A DNA stretch of 64,000 nt from a bacterium (GCA_963681965.1 OY820579.1:2752001-2816000), one strand, 5' to 3'. Positions 28,339 through 38,693 are shown, counted from the stretch's first letter. A program made the numbers and translations. The notes: a model not told the origin generated them from the sequence alone.

Positions 28339-29325
28339 TTAAATGAACATCGATATTAGCCAGTACGATGCCATTCCGACTAGTGCCGATGCTGGTATGG
28401 TCACGATCCAGGCGATAATGATGTTTCCAGCGAGACCCCAGCGGACTGCCGACAATCGCTTGGTGGCTCCGACACCCATGATTGCACCAGTGATAGTGTG
28501 AGTTGTACTGACAGCAATGCCACTAAAAGCGGTAACGAGTAACGTAATTGCACCGGCAGTTTCGGCACAGAAACCACCCGACGGTTTCAACTTCGTAATC
28601 TTCTGACCCATCGTCTTAACGATGCGCCAACCGCCAAAAAGTGTACCCATTGCAATTGCAAAATACGAAGAGAAGATTACCCAATAAGGAACTTCGAATT
28701 TATCTAAGAATCCAGCTGTAACGAGTAGACCGGTAATGATGCCCATGGTTTTTTGGGCATCGTTTGCACCATGCCCGAGTGAGTAAGCTGCAGCAGAGAC
28801 CAATTGCAATTTACGGAATGCGCCATTAATTTTTGAGGATGGACGTTTATTGAACAGCCAAGTGAGACTGAGCATCAGGATGAATCCCATGACCATACCC
28901 ATTATCGGCGCAACCACGATAAATAGCACAGTCATTGTCCAACCACTGTAAATCACTGCACCGAATCCAGCTTTAGCGATAGCGGCTCCGGCATACCCGC
29001 CCATCAGCGCGTGAGATGAGCTGGAGGGAATTGCATAATACCAAGTTAGCAGGTTCCAGAATATTGCACCGATTAATCCCGCTAGGATAACATATTCATT
29101 CACCGCTTCAAGATGAACCAAACCCTTACCAATTGTTTTCGCAACATGTACATCGAATAAAAATGCCGCAGATAAATTAAAAAACGCCGCCCAGATCACC
29201 GCGTTTCGGGGCGAGAGTACGCGTGTCGAAACCACAGTAGCAATCGAGTTGGCGGAATCGTGAAATCCGTTCAGAAAATCGAAGACTAGTGCGACGAAGA
29301 TGATACAGATGATAAGTGTTAGCAT
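28339..29325 (-). CDS. pit: PiT family inorganic phosphate transporter
   Basis: NGFHDSANSIAT and HGANDAQK signatures. Confidence 0.93.
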   Translation of the reverse strand: MLTLIICIIFVALVFDFLNGFHDSANSIATVVSTRVLSPRNAVIWAAFFNLSAAFLFDVHVAKTIGKGLVHLEAVNEYVILAGLIGAIFWNLLTWYYAIPSSSSHALMGGYAGAAIAKAGFGAVIYSGWTMTVLFIVVAPIMGMVMGFILMLSLTWLFNKRPSSKINGAFRKLQLVSAAAYSLGHGANDAQKTMGIITGLLVTAGFLDKFEVPYWVIFSSYFAIAMGTLFGGWRIVKTMGQKITKLKPSGGFCAETAGAITLLVTAFSGIAVSTTHTITGAIMGVGATKRLSAVRWGLAGNIIIAWIVTIPASALVGMASYWLISMFI

Positions 29326-29344
29326 TGGAAACCGATCTCTCTGG

Positions 29345-29989
29345 TTAGGAATGCTTGATTAAAATCGTTTCGAGTACGTTTGCGACATCTTCGCATTTAT
29401 CGGTCGCAGTTTCAAGAGCAACAAAGACTTCCTTCAGCTTGATGATTTCGATCGGATTGGTTTCCTTGTCGAAAAGTTCGGCGATACCCGAAGCAAAGAT
29501 CGTGTCGGCGTCGTTTTCGTAATCGTTAACTTTTCGAATCACCTCACGAAGAACCTCGGAATTCTCGAGTTTTCGTAGTTGCGGGATGCCACGCTTTAAC
29601 TCTTTTACCGACATATTCAGTTTTTCGATCAGATTAATTAACTCGACTGGAAAATGGTCGATCTTGTACAGAGTAATTCGACGGATAGACCCGTCGATGT
29701 AGTCGAGAATATCATCAAGTTCGGACGCTAGGAGATGAATGTCTTCACGATCGAATGGGGTAACAAATGTACTATCGAGTTCACTGAAGATTTTATGCGT
29801 TACATCGTCACCTTTGTGTTCTAAGTCTTGTATCCTAATGACGAGATTTGCTCTTTCTTCACTCGAAGCGGATGAAATTTTTAATATTTCATCGGCTGCC
29901 TGATCGATGTACGATATAGATTCCTCTAGGAGTAAGTAGAACTTATCGTCTTTTGGAAGGAGATACTGCAATATTCGATCTAGTCGCAT
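29345..29989 (-). CDS. DUF47 Pit accessory protein (PhoU-like)
   Basis: EHKGD, FVTPFDREDI, ENDAD, LETATDKCEDVA; adjacent to pit. Confidence 0.9.
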   Translation of the reverse strand: MRLDRILQYLLPKDDKFYLLLEESISYIDQAADEILKISSASSEERANLVIRIQDLEHKGDDVTHKIFSELDSTFVTPFDREDIHLLASELDDILDYIDGSIRRITLYKIDHFPVELINLIEKLNMSVKELKRGIPQLRKLENSEVLREVIRKVNDYENDADTIFASGIAELFDKETNPIEIIKLKEVFVALETATDKCEDVANVLETILIKHS

Positions 29990-30148
29990 GGTGTAGCCGA
30001 ATTTGATTGAAGAAATCAACTGTCTACTAGGATCACTCGCGACAAAGTACATACCCGATTTGACTTGTGCAATGCGAGATCCTCACAGAGAAGAATTCTT
30101 TCGATTCTTCCTTTATCTCATAATTTGACCATTAGTAGCGGGAAAAGT

Positions 30149-30179
30149 AAAAAAAAACGCAGTTCCGAAAAACTGCGTT
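30149..30179 (-). terminator. intrinsic terminator
   Basis: A-tract, AACGCAGTT-ccgaa-AACTGCGTT. Confidence 0.7.
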
Positions 30180-30205
30180 AGGTAAATGCACGTGGTATGT
30201 TGATC

Positions 30206-30718
30206 TCAAAATGGCGAGAAGTTGTTTTGTGACCAATAGTCTTCTCGAAACTCCATCGATTGCTTGGCAAATGCCCCGGCATGAGATTGTTCCCAAACCA
30301 TCAATTGCAGATAAAATTCCCGGAGTTCACCGGGACCGACTTCATCTGCTAGTCGACGGTACCGATCTATGGCATTCTGTTCTAATTGCTGACCGACAGA
30401 CAATGCCGTCATCTCAAAATGGGCTTCTTTTAAGCGTTTACGGAGATCTTTGGAGAAGATAGGATGATCGCCGTTTAGATCGGCAACAGGAATTAATGGC
30501 ACTTTTTCCAGCGGTTCATCTTTTAAGATATGTCCGTATTGCTTCCGCAACCACACTAAATGTTCACCTTCTTCGTGTGCAAGGTTTTGAAAGACTTCAC
30601 GTCCTTGTGGGTCAGTAGTCTGCAACGCAGCTAGGTTGAAAAATTCGATACCGCTTCGCTCAGCCAACATGGCTTCTTTCAATCCTTCTAACATCTTAGT
30701 TTTCGTTTGATTATCCAT
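30206..30718 (-). CDS. ferritin-like/rubrerythrin family protein
   Basis: E..G..F, LAHEEGEH and WEQSH ExxH motifs; ATG 30718 with GGAG. Confidence 0.85.
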   Translation of the reverse strand: MDNQTKTKMLEGLKEAMLAERSGIEFFNLAALQTTDPQGREVFQNLAHEEGEHLVWLRKQYGHILKDEPLEKVPLIPVADLNGDHPIFSKDLRKRLKEAHFEMTALSVGQQLEQNAIDRYRRLADEVGPGELREFYLQLMVWEQSHAGAFAKQSMEFREDYWSQNNFSPF

Positions 30719-30811
30719 TGCGATCTCCATTTCGTATATCTCTACAATAGTACGTAAATAGTACGAAGATCTAGGTGTATCTTGCAATCTTCAAAGAGGT
30801 AAGAGAAAAAG

Positions 30812-31216
30812 ATGGAAGATTTAAAAACTTTCACAATCTCCGAAGCGCGAGCAACTTTACCGTTAATTCGAAGCATAGTAAAGGATATTCGTGAGGTTTG
30901 GCGCAAATTATCCGAAGATCAGTTGAGTTATGACTTACTCAACGGGCATCGAAATCTCGATGAGTTTTTTCCCGCCGAAATTGAGCGACTGAAAGAATAT
31001 GAATGCAAATTGGATGAATACATTACTGAATTAAAGCAAATTGGCGTCAGTTTGAAATCTCCGGAACTAGGACTGATCGACTTTTTATATGAATTGAATG
31101 GACGGAAAGTCTGTTTATGCTGGAAAGATGGGGAGGATGATATTTTATACTGGCATTCAACCAATGCTGGTTATTTAAATCGGCAACTGATCGACCAGAT
31201 TGCCAGCGAAGTATGA
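30812..31216 (+). CDS. DUF2203-like protein
   Basis: FTISEARATLP, GLIDF, CLCWKDGE..I.YWH...GY..R. Confidence 0.8.
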   Translation: MEDLKTFTISEARATLPLIRSIVKDIREVWRKLSEDQLSYDLLNGHRNLDEFFPAEIERLKEYECKLDEYITELKQIGVSLKSPELGLIDFLYELNGRKVCLCWKDGEDDILYWHSTNAGYLNRQLIDQIASEV

Positions 31217-31256
31217 GATCGATTCTGTGAAGAAATCAGTCAATAAATGATATTGG

Positions 31257-31976
31257 TCATTTAGTTCCAAAAATCAGTACTTCCGTCGCACCATGGACAC
31301 CATGTATATCTAACCGTTGAAGTAATTTCTCACCTTCTTCTTTGATGATTTCAAAATCGGGTAAGTCTTTTGCACGCACCAAATAATCTTGAAATCCTGT
31401 TCGAAATCGTTCAGTAGCTTCAACTGCTTTAGGATCGCCATCAAGCGAGACATCATCGAATGATTCTAGGTTTGACAAACTCAGTTTCGAGATCAGCGAC
31501 TGTAATTCTGCGCGTGAATAGGTAGGATGGTGTGATATCCCAAGTTGACTATCGACTTTAGCCCACCAGTGATGAAACAGAACATGAGTCATCTGGGACT
31601 CAGTCTGTCCATCATTGATCATTTCATAAACGATGAACAATCCACCCGGTCTTAAGACTCGCTTCATCTCTTTCAGAGCAACTTCTGGGTCTGATAGATG
31701 ATGGAGTGAATTACAGATCGCTACGACATCGAATTCACCGTTATTAAACGTCATTCGATGTGCATCCATCAACATGAATTCAGTTTTGGGAAGTTCGCTT
31801 GAAGCTTTATGTGCGTGTTGAATTGCTTTTTCCAAAGCATCGATTCCAATAAATCGATCGGCATTGGGAAACCATTGTTGAAGTGCATGGAGGAAACCGC
31901 CATGACCGGTAGCGACATCCAAGACATTCTTAGCATCGAAATTGCCTACGAACTCAATAAATTCCGCTTCAGTCAT
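31257..31976 (-). CDS. class I SAM-dependent methyltransferase
   Basis: VLDVATGHG, GID, DAH, EMKRVLRPGG. Confidence 0.9.
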   Translation of the reverse strand: MTEAEFIEFVGNFDAKNVLDVATGHGGFLHALQQWFPNADRFIGIDALEKAIQHAHKASSELPKTEFMLMDAHRMTFNNGEFDVVAICNSLHHLSDPEVALKEMKRVLRPGGLFIVYEMINDGQTESQMTHVLFHHWWAKVDSQLGISHHPTYSRAELQSLISKLSLSNLESFDDVSLDGDPKAVEATERFRTGFQDYLVRAKDLPDFEIIKEEGEKLLQRLDIHGVHGATEVLIFGTK

Positions 31977-32022
31977 TGTTTCTCCGAATCTAGAGTGGTA
32001 ACTATAAAAAATTGCATTATCA

Positions 32023-32865
32023 TTATTTCTTTAAACACATTGATATAAAGAATTGTGCCATATTGATTGATTCTCGATTATTCACCATTCGTTCCGGATG
32101 CCACTGCACACCCATTGCGTGGTATTTTGCCCATTCTGCCGCTTCAATGATGCCATCGGAAGCTATTCCGACGACAGTACCCTCGCCGATGCGATCAGCC
32201 GCCTGGTGATGCCAACTATTCGTAGAGAATTCCAGTTCCGGAAAACAATTGGCAAATGTAGACCCACCAAGTTTTTTAACGCGATGATAGCAATCACCGT
32301 TGGGTTGGTAATGAATTTGTTCGGAAGTTACTTGACTAGGAATATCTTGAATTAGAGTTCCGCCGAATGTGACACATAACTGTTGAAAACCGCGGCAAAT
32401 ACCGAAGATTGGTAGCTTGCGTTCCACTGCACCACGAATGAGCGCAGTTTCCGACCAGGTACGGGTAAGATTTCCGATACAGCTATCGGAGATCGGTTTT
32501 TCCTTAAAAAATGATGGTGCTAGATCGTCGCCTCCACTTAACAAAACTCCATCGCATCGGTCAAGGATCGAATCCGTAAAATCTGTACGATTCTGGATCG
32601 GAACGATGACAGGAATACCACCGCCATACAGCACAAAATTCATATAACGATCCAGCGATTCGCCCATAAGCTCGGTTCGAGCAAGGAGAGCATGCAGTTT
32701 GGTCGAACCATCAGCAAGCACTTCCTGATCAAAATAAAAAGGGTCGGCTAATGGAGAACCTATTTTTTTTGCCATTCGCCCGCCACTAAATTGACTCCAG
32801 GCAATTGCGATAATTGGACGGGATTGGGCTTTATGCCAGTGTGAAGGGCGAGGAAACCAATGCAT
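32023..32865 (-). CDS. peptidase C26 / PuuD-like glutamine amidotransferase
   Basis: RPIIAI, LLSGGDD, GICRG nucleophile, NSWHHQA, GVQWHPE. Confidence 0.88.
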   Translation of the reverse strand: MHWFPRPSHWHKAQSRPIIAIAWSQFSGGRMAKKIGSPLADPFYFDQEVLADGSTKLHALLARTELMGESLDRYMNFVLYGGGIPVIVPIQNRTDFTDSILDRCDGVLLSGGDDLAPSFFKEKPISDSCIGNLTRTWSETALIRGAVERKLPIFGICRGFQQLCVTFGGTLIQDIPSQVTSEQIHYQPNGDCYHRVKKLGGSTFANCFPELEFSTNSWHHQAADRIGEGTVVGIASDGIIEAAEWAKYHAMGVQWHPERMVNNRESINMAQFFISMCLKK

Positions 32866-33189
32866 TTTCGATCCGATTTTTGTAGTTGAATTAGTCGATC
32901 TTCGACAACTAAAATCGGAAATGGATTGGAATAATACAAATCAATCGGATTTCAATGGTGAATAGATTGTATACAAGTCAATCAAAAACCGTAGCGATTT
33001 AGCATCCTGCAGAAATACACTGAATTCTTGATAGAAACAATCAAATATGTAATTTTACTTGACTTTGTCACACTTTCGCTTCATCTTAGGAAGATTATAG
33101 GTGTGAGAATATTGACCTTTTTTGTTCTCTTCTAGATTTTGATAGCAACAATCTCAGGTGGCAATTCGAAAAGCAAAAGGGCTAATCCG

Positions 33190-33492
33190 ATGAGAACTAT
33201 CGAAGTTTTTGATGAATCAAGCACCAAAATCGGCATTATTACCGATGCTACGGTTCAAGTATCGATCGATCGTCATGCCACTAGTGGTGGGTACGTTGGT
33301 GGTTTTTATCAAGAGGCTGTTCCGATCTCAAAAGGTCATTTTCGACCCTTATTGTTAAAAGATCAGGATCGAACGTATCTCCAGTGTTGGCTTCATGCGA
33401 AAACAGTGTTGGCAGGCAAGTTACATGCGGTATTTTCTTTCACCTATACCGAGGGTGCTCCACTGGAAGTGACAGTGAATTCTCCGCATTGA
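33190..33492 (+). CDS. hypothetical protein
   Basis: 100-aa ORF from ATG, fills the gap before the PTS genes; no motif recognised. Confidence 0.5.
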   Translation: MRTIEVFDESSTKIGIITDATVQVSIDRHATSGGYVGGFYQEAVPISKGHFRPLLLKDQDRTYLQCWLHAKTVLAGKLHAVFSFTYTEGAPLEVTVNSPH

Positions 33493-33557
33493 TTTGAACT
33501 GGCATTGTTATAGTACTATCAATTATGAAATTTTATTCAATTCCAAATTGAGATTAC

Positions 33558-34286
33558 ATGAGCGTTGTCTATTATACTCCCGATCCGATTGCCCTGTTAT
33601 TTGTCTCCATAGCAGGCGGTGTGTTGGCTCTGGATCGAGTCACTGTTCGATCAATGCTCTCATCGCCGCTAGTGGCTGCTCCACTCATCGCTGCTCTATT
33701 GGGAATGCCATTATTGGGGATGCTAACCGGACTTTTATTCCAGCTATTCTGGGTTCGAGAACCCGATGCACCAACCAAAACAACTCCCGATTCCGGTTTT
33801 GGTGCTGCTATTGCTTCGGCAGTTTCGGCATCATTAGTCGGTCATCTCTCCTTTGGAGAGCGGTTGCTGACATTATGGCCATATGCGATGATTTTTGGCG
33901 TTCTTGTAAGTCCATTAGCGGGTTTTACACGTTGGTTAGTCATCCGCGATCTTTCACGACGGTTGAGTAAATTCGATGCCGCTGTTCGAGCGGGGGATCT
34001 CGGAGCGATCCGTCGATATATGGCTTACGGAGTTGTGGCGCATGGATTTGCCGGAGCGTTCGCAGCAGGATTGACTTACATGTTGGGTTATGCGGGGTGG
34101 CATTTTTTCCAGAATATCTGGTATGAGGCTGATCCGGTATTACTGACAATTATTCCGTTATTTGCTGGAATTGCAATATCTTCAGTCGCGAAAATCTTCT
34201 TACAACGCGATACACTATTGGCGTTTGTAGGGGGTGCGATGATTTTAACCGGGTTCGAGCTGCTTAGGAGGTTTGTTACGCTATGA
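33558..34286 (+). CDS. mannose-family PTS EIIC-like membrane protein (divergent)
   Basis: LALDR....MLSSPLVAAPL..LLG....G...G..FQL; TPD; precedes EIID-like gene and HPr. Confidence 0.75.
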   Translation: MSVVYYTPDPIALLFVSIAGGVLALDRVTVRSMLSSPLVAAPLIAALLGMPLLGMLTGLLFQLFWVREPDAPTKTTPDSGFGAAIASAVSASLVGHLSFGERLLTLWPYAMIFGVLVSPLAGFTRWLVIRDLSRRLSKFDAAVRAGDLGAIRRYMAYGVVAHGFAGAFAAGLTYMLGYAGWHFFQNIWYEADPVLLTIIPLFAGIAISSVAKIFLQRDTLLAFVGGAMILTGFELLRRFVTL

Positions 34287-35083
34287 CAAGCTACTCCCCC
34301 AAGTTAAAGATGCGAATTTGGAAAAGAATTCAGGATGCGTGTTCTATCGCTCCTGTGGTGTTAACTGAAAATCGCCATCTCGGTGCTGGCTGGGTTCATG
34401 CAATGATTCCAATCGCCCGGCAAATGTATGGTGACGATAAAGCTGCAATCGGGAAATTGTTGCAACGTCATAACGGATTTATCGGTTGCCACCCCGATTT
34501 TATGTCAATGGCTGCAGGAGCAGTAGCGCGATGTGAATTTGAAACAGGAAACAAAACTAACAGCCTTGATCAAGTCCGAAGCCTCCGCGAGTGGTGCTCT
34601 ACTGCGCTACAGGTATATGGGTGGCAGTTATTTCGGGATGGTTGGCGTCCACTTACAATGATTATTGGGTTATTGATCGGATTATTTGCCTATCATCGAT
34701 CAAATGCAACACGCGCAACGGCAATCATGCTTTTTCTGCTCATTTACAACATTCCAATTTGGACTTTTCGTCTCTGGTCGGTTGGGTACGGATGGCGCAA
34801 AGGTGTCAATTTACCCGGTGCGATGGCATTGTGGCCGTGGCGGAAAATTCTGTGGAGTATTCGGTTAACTGGAGCTGGACTGGTTGGGGCTGCTTTTGTG
34901 CTCACAGCCCGGGAATGGGGTCGAATAGTCTATACACTGGGTTCTGCAGGGGCGGAGGGATTAGCTTGGATAACTGTAGCTGTCGGTTTCTTAATTGGTT
35001 ATCTATTGCAACCCCGGATACCCTTATATGCACTATTATTGTTATTGACGTCAATCGTTTTGAGTGTTGCATGGTTTCTCTAA
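34283..35083 (+). CDS. mannose-family PTS EIID-like membrane protein (divergent)
   Basis: G.VHAMIP....YGDD....LQRH..F...HP; FLLIYNIP....R.....GW..G. Confidence 0.7.
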   Translation: MTSYSPKLKMRIWKRIQDACSIAPVVLTENRHLGAGWVHAMIPIARQMYGDDKAAIGKLLQRHNGFIGCHPDFMSMAAGAVARCEFETGNKTNSLDQVRSLREWCSTALQVYGWQLFRDGWRPLTMIIGLLIGLFAYHRSNATRATAIMLFLLIYNIPIWTFRLWSVGYGWRKGVNLPGAMALWPWRKILWSIRLTGAGLVGAAFVLTAREWGRIVYTLGSAGAEGLAWITVAVGFLIGYLLQPRIPLYALLLLLTSIVLSVAWFL

Positions 35084-35202
35084 TGTAAGGGTGAATTGAA
35101 AAGCGGTTCAAAAATCGGTTTATTAAAGTTTACCTGATTAAAGATCTCCGGGGTAATTTCGTTAATTCGTCGGTAAGTAATTCATTGTTTGGCTTTTTAA
35201 TC

Positions 35203-35469
35203 ATGATCCGAAAAGAAATTGTAATCCGTAATCGCAATGGTCTCCATGCCCGCCCGGCAGCTCAATTTGTGAAACTAGCAGCGTCAAGCCACTCCGAAGT
35301 GTGGGTTGAAAAAGAAGGGAGTCGCGTCAACGGTCGATCGATCATGGGTATGATGCTACTTTCTGCCGAGCAAGGGGCTCGACTAACGATTGAAGTAAGT
35401 GGAACCGACGAAGAAGAACTTTGGACTAAAATAAACGACCTGGTCAACAATCGTTTCAATGAGGACTAA
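35203..35469 (+). CDS. ptsH: phosphocarrier HPr
   Basis: GLHARPAA (His15), NGRSIMG (Ser46). Confidence 0.95.
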   Translation: MIRKEIVIRNRNGLHARPAAQFVKLAASSHSEVWVEKEGSRVNGRSIMGMMLLSAEQGARLTIEVSGTDEEELWTKINDLVNNRFNED

Positions 35470-35477
35470 CGCAATCG

Positions 35478-37232
35478 ATGAGTAAAGAGTGGAAGGGTGT
35501 ACCTGTTTCTCCCGGGATAGCGATCGGTAAATTATTCTGTTACCGATTACGTAAGCTCGTCGTCGATACTCGCACAATCTCGGTTGATCGTGTGCCCGTT
35601 GAAATCAATCGATTGAATGCGGGACTGTCCTCATGTCGTGCCGCTTTAGAGAAAACCCGAGAACATGCCGAAGGCACTTCCGGAAGGAGCATCGCTAAAA
35701 TCTTCGAAGCACAATTACTATTACTTGAAGATGAATTCTTCATCGACGAAATGCGACAGATGATTCAAAATACTCTGGTCGATGCTGAAACTGCAGTATA
35801 TAGTTCGATGCAACAAGCGATTAATCTACTGGGAAAAAGTAACGATACGATTTTTCGCGAACGTGCCACCGATTTACGCGACATCTGCCGACGTCTGCTG
35901 AATTGCCTACAAGGAACCGAGAATACCTCACTAGTGTTAACCGAACCGGTAATACTTGCAGCGGACGAGTTATCCCCTTCGGAACTGATTCACCTTGACC
36001 GTGACAAATTAATTGGTGTGGCACTTGACGAAGGGGGCGAAACATCGCATTCCGCTATCCTAGCAAGAGTATTCGGTGTTCCGGCAATCGTCGGATTGGA
36101 ACGATTCTCACTCGAAACACCATCCGGATCGCAGGTAATAATTAATGGCAATTCGGGAAAACTAATCGTTGATCCCGATGAAGAGCGAATTAAAAAGTAT
36201 ACCCGGAAAATTAACGCTCATGCGGAATATCGTCAGTTGCTCTCGAATATCCGCGATACCGAAGCGGTAACCACCGATGGGGAGCGGATCTATCTTCATG
36301 CGAATATCGAATTACCGATCGAATTAAAATCAGTCTGCGATGTCAACGCCGATGGTGTGGGTCTCTTCCGAACCGAGTATCTCTATCTCAGTCAAGAAGT
36401 TCTGCCGGATGAAGAGGAGCAATACGAAGCATATAGCGAAGTTGCCAAACGACTAGCTCCGAAACCGGTTGTGATTCGTACTTTTGATTTGGGTGGCGAT
36501 AAAGTTGCCGGCGATTGGCGACAGCATCGAGAAGCAAATCCATTCATGGGCTGGCGCGCGATTCGCGTGTCACTCTCTCGACCGGAAATATTTCGTACAC
36601 AATTACGGGCTATTGCTCGCGCCGCGGTTCATGGCAACATCGAAGTGATGTTTCCGATGATTATCGGTTTGCAGGAACTATGGCAAGCGAAGAAAATCTT
36701 ACATGAAGTCTATACCGAATTAAAGAACGAGAACAAACCGCATCGGACTGATATCCCTGTCGGAGTGATGATCGAAATTCCTTCCGCAGCAGTTTTAATC
36801 GATTTAATTGCGAAAGAAGCCGATTTTCTCAGTATCGGGACAAACGATTTAACGCAATTTACCTTAGCAGTCGATCGCAGCAATCATTTGGTTGCAGATC
36901 TCTATCAACCGTTCCATCTCTCGGTCTTGCGCTTTGTTAAAACGATTATCGAAGCTGGTGCCAATGCTGGCAAGAAAGTCTCGCTTTGCGGTGAGTTGGG
37001 TGGCAATTCAGTCGCGACTGTTCTTCTACTTGGTTTGGGATTGAAGCATTTCTCGATGTCACCGTTATTAATACCCGAGATCAAGTCGATCGTTCAATCA
37101 ACTTCACTGGAAGAATGCCGGAAAATTGCCGAGCACGTATTACAAATGGATACTTCAGTCGAAATATCTCAATACCTCAAGAGTACGATCCGCAAACGCT
37201 TTGCCGATCTTCCGGTCTGGTTCGGAAGATAG
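35478..37232 (+). CDS. ptsI: PTS enzyme I
   Basis: GGETSHSAILAR, GVGLFRTE, RTFDLGGDK, SIGTNDLTQ, CGE. Confidence 0.95.
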   Translation: MSKEWKGVPVSPGIAIGKLFCYRLRKLVVDTRTISVDRVPVEINRLNAGLSSCRAALEKTREHAEGTSGRSIAKIFEAQLLLLEDEFFIDEMRQMIQNTLVDAETAVYSSMQQAINLLGKSNDTIFRERATDLRDICRRLLNCLQGTENTSLVLTEPVILAADELSPSELIHLDRDKLIGVALDEGGETSHSAILARVFGVPAIVGLERFSLETPSGSQVIINGNSGKLIVDPDEERIKKYTRKINAHAEYRQLLSNIRDTEAVTTDGERIYLHANIELPIELKSVCDVNADGVGLFRTEYLYLSQEVLPDEEEQYEAYSEVAKRLAPKPVVIRTFDLGGDKVAGDWRQHREANPFMGWRAIRVSLSRPEIFRTQLRAIARAAVHGNIEVMFPMIIGLQELWQAKKILHEVYTELKNENKPHRTDIPVGVMIEIPSAAVLIDLIAKEADFLSIGTNDLTQFTLAVDRSNHLVADLYQPFHLSVLRFVKTIIEAGANAGKKVSLCGELGGNSVATVLLLGLGLKHFSMSPLLIPEIKSIVQSTSLEECRKIAEHVLQMDTSVEISQYLKSTIRKRFADLPVWFGR

Positions 37233-37248
37233 TATCGAGTTTCTAAAT

Positions 37249-37277
37249 AAAGGTCGAATTTGAAATTCGACCTTTTT
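37249..37277 (+). terminator. intrinsic terminator
   Basis: AAAGGTCGAATT-tga-AATTCGACCTTT then T tract. Confidence 0.85.
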
Positions 37278-37306
37278 CTTTCTCATCTTACTTTAAGGAG
37301 TTTCTG

Positions 37307-38131
37307 ATGTTCCGTTTTGCGATCATTTTATTAACTCTGATTACATCAATCAGTTTTGCACAACCCACCTTGCTCTTCACTACCCCGGAACCGAATGATA
37401 GTGTAACCTTTTACTGGAGTTATTATTATCGGACTAATCCAATGGAATATCGACTTGTTCGAGATGCTGCCAACTTACAGATCATGAGTAGTATGTATTC
37501 ACTGACTCCAGCGCACACGATTTCGAAACAAACCGGTGAAATTTTCTTTTCATCAATGTCTGACATGACCGGTGACGGCATTAGTGAGTGTGTTTTCCGT
37601 AATGTGATCGATTCTCGTCAAACGTATCGTATAGTCAATCCTGTTACTGGTACGACCTATTTTAATTTATCCGATCCAAATTACACTTACTCATCCATAT
37701 TTGCGACTGATCTGGATCACGACGGAAGCATCGAGATTTGTGTCTACCGACGTCTTACTTCATCGACGAATTACAATTACCAATATGTTTTTTACCGAAC
37801 TCAAGGGAGTTCGCCGAATCCAGCTCCAGAACCGATCGGTGATTTACTTCCAGTAGATCCGGTATTGATGCAGAATTATCCTAATCCCTTTAACAGCGAA
37901 ACCGTGATTCGATATGATCTCCCTTCGGCACAAACAGCGACGTTGATGATTTTCGATGTCATGGGTCGTGTTATTAACTCGATTGCACTTCCGGCAGAAC
38001 AACCTGGCATGCATGAATACCGTTGGAATGGGAGAGCTGGGAATGGGGGAGTGGTCGCATCGGGAACTTATTATTATCAACTGGCGACAAGTAAGGGATT
38101 AACAACAAAACAGATGATTGTCGTAAAATAG
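37307..38131 (+). CDS. secreted protein with FG-GAP-like Ca loops and C-terminal FlgD-Ig/T9SS-like domain
   Basis: Signal peptide; DMTGDG and DLDHDG; QNYPNPFN..T.IRY.LP..IFDVMGR..WNG..VASGTYYY. Confidence 0.8.
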   Translation: MFRFAIILLTLITSISFAQPTLLFTTPEPNDSVTFYWSYYYRTNPMEYRLVRDAANLQIMSSMYSLTPAHTISKQTGEIFFSSMSDMTGDGISECVFRNVIDSRQTYRIVNPVTGTTYFNLSDPNYTYSSIFATDLDHDGSIEICVYRRLTSSTNYNYQYVFYRTQGSSPNPAPEPIGDLLPVDPVLMQNYPNPFNSETVIRYDLPSAQTATLMIFDVMGRVINSIALPAEQPGMHEYRWNGRAGNGGVVASGTYYYQLATSKGLTTKQMIVVK

Positions 38132-38152
38132 CTGCGGTTTATTGAGATTAAG

Positions 38153-38179
38153 AAAGCGGACAATTGCTGTCCGCTTTTT
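38153..38179. terminator. bidirectional terminator
   Basis: AAAGCGGACA-attgc-TGTCCGCTTT between convergent genes. Confidence 0.8.
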
Positions 38180-38180
38180 G

Positions 38181-38693
38181 TTATTTGACCAATTCAATTT
38201 GTGCCAGATGATGTTTGCCGTGCCAGGCATAGACACCGGTCAAATATTCGATAGAGATATTCCGATTGAAATAAGGGATAAACATCTCGCGTTTCAACTC
38301 ATCCGGAGAAAGTGAGCGTAACAACAATACCCATCTCTGTTGGAGACCTTCGAGGAGATTCACCGAACTCTCTACAGGTGCCGTGCGTGCATCGGATAAC
38401 TCCGCCCAGCGATCTTCTTCGTACGATTTTACCGTTGGAAGATCTTCGGTTAACGCAAGCCTAACCCGAATATAGGCATTCATGTGGCTATCGGGAAGAT
38501 GATGAATGACTTGTCGAATGGTCCAGCCACCCTCGCGATAAGTAGAATTCAACTGTTCTTCTTTCAAAGTAGCTACTACTTCACGAAGACGCTTCGGAAA
38601 TGAATCGAGTTCGTCGATCCATTCGGAAACCAGTGGAGCCGTGATCTTGTCAGGAATCGCCATCTTTCCTATCGGATATCGTCGGTCTATCAT
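38181..38693 (-). CDS. YfiT/DinB family metal-dependent protein (bacillithiol transferase-like)
   Basis: RYPIG, YREGGWTIRQVIHHLPDSHMN, YAWHGKHHLAQI. Confidence 0.88.
   Translation of the reverse strand: MIDRRYPIGKMAIPDKITAPLVSEWIDELDSFPKRLREVVATLKEEQLNSTYREGGWTIRQVIHHLPDSHMNAYIRVRLALTEDLPTVKSYEEDRWAELSDARTAPVESSVNLLEGLQQRWVLLLRSLSPDELKREMFIPYFNRNISIEYLTGVYAWHGKHHLAQIELVK

Noticed and set aside
33159-33186. c-di-GMP-I-like words GGCAA..CGAAA..GCAAA..GGGCTAA
   Set aside because: Far too compact; the required stems cannot form
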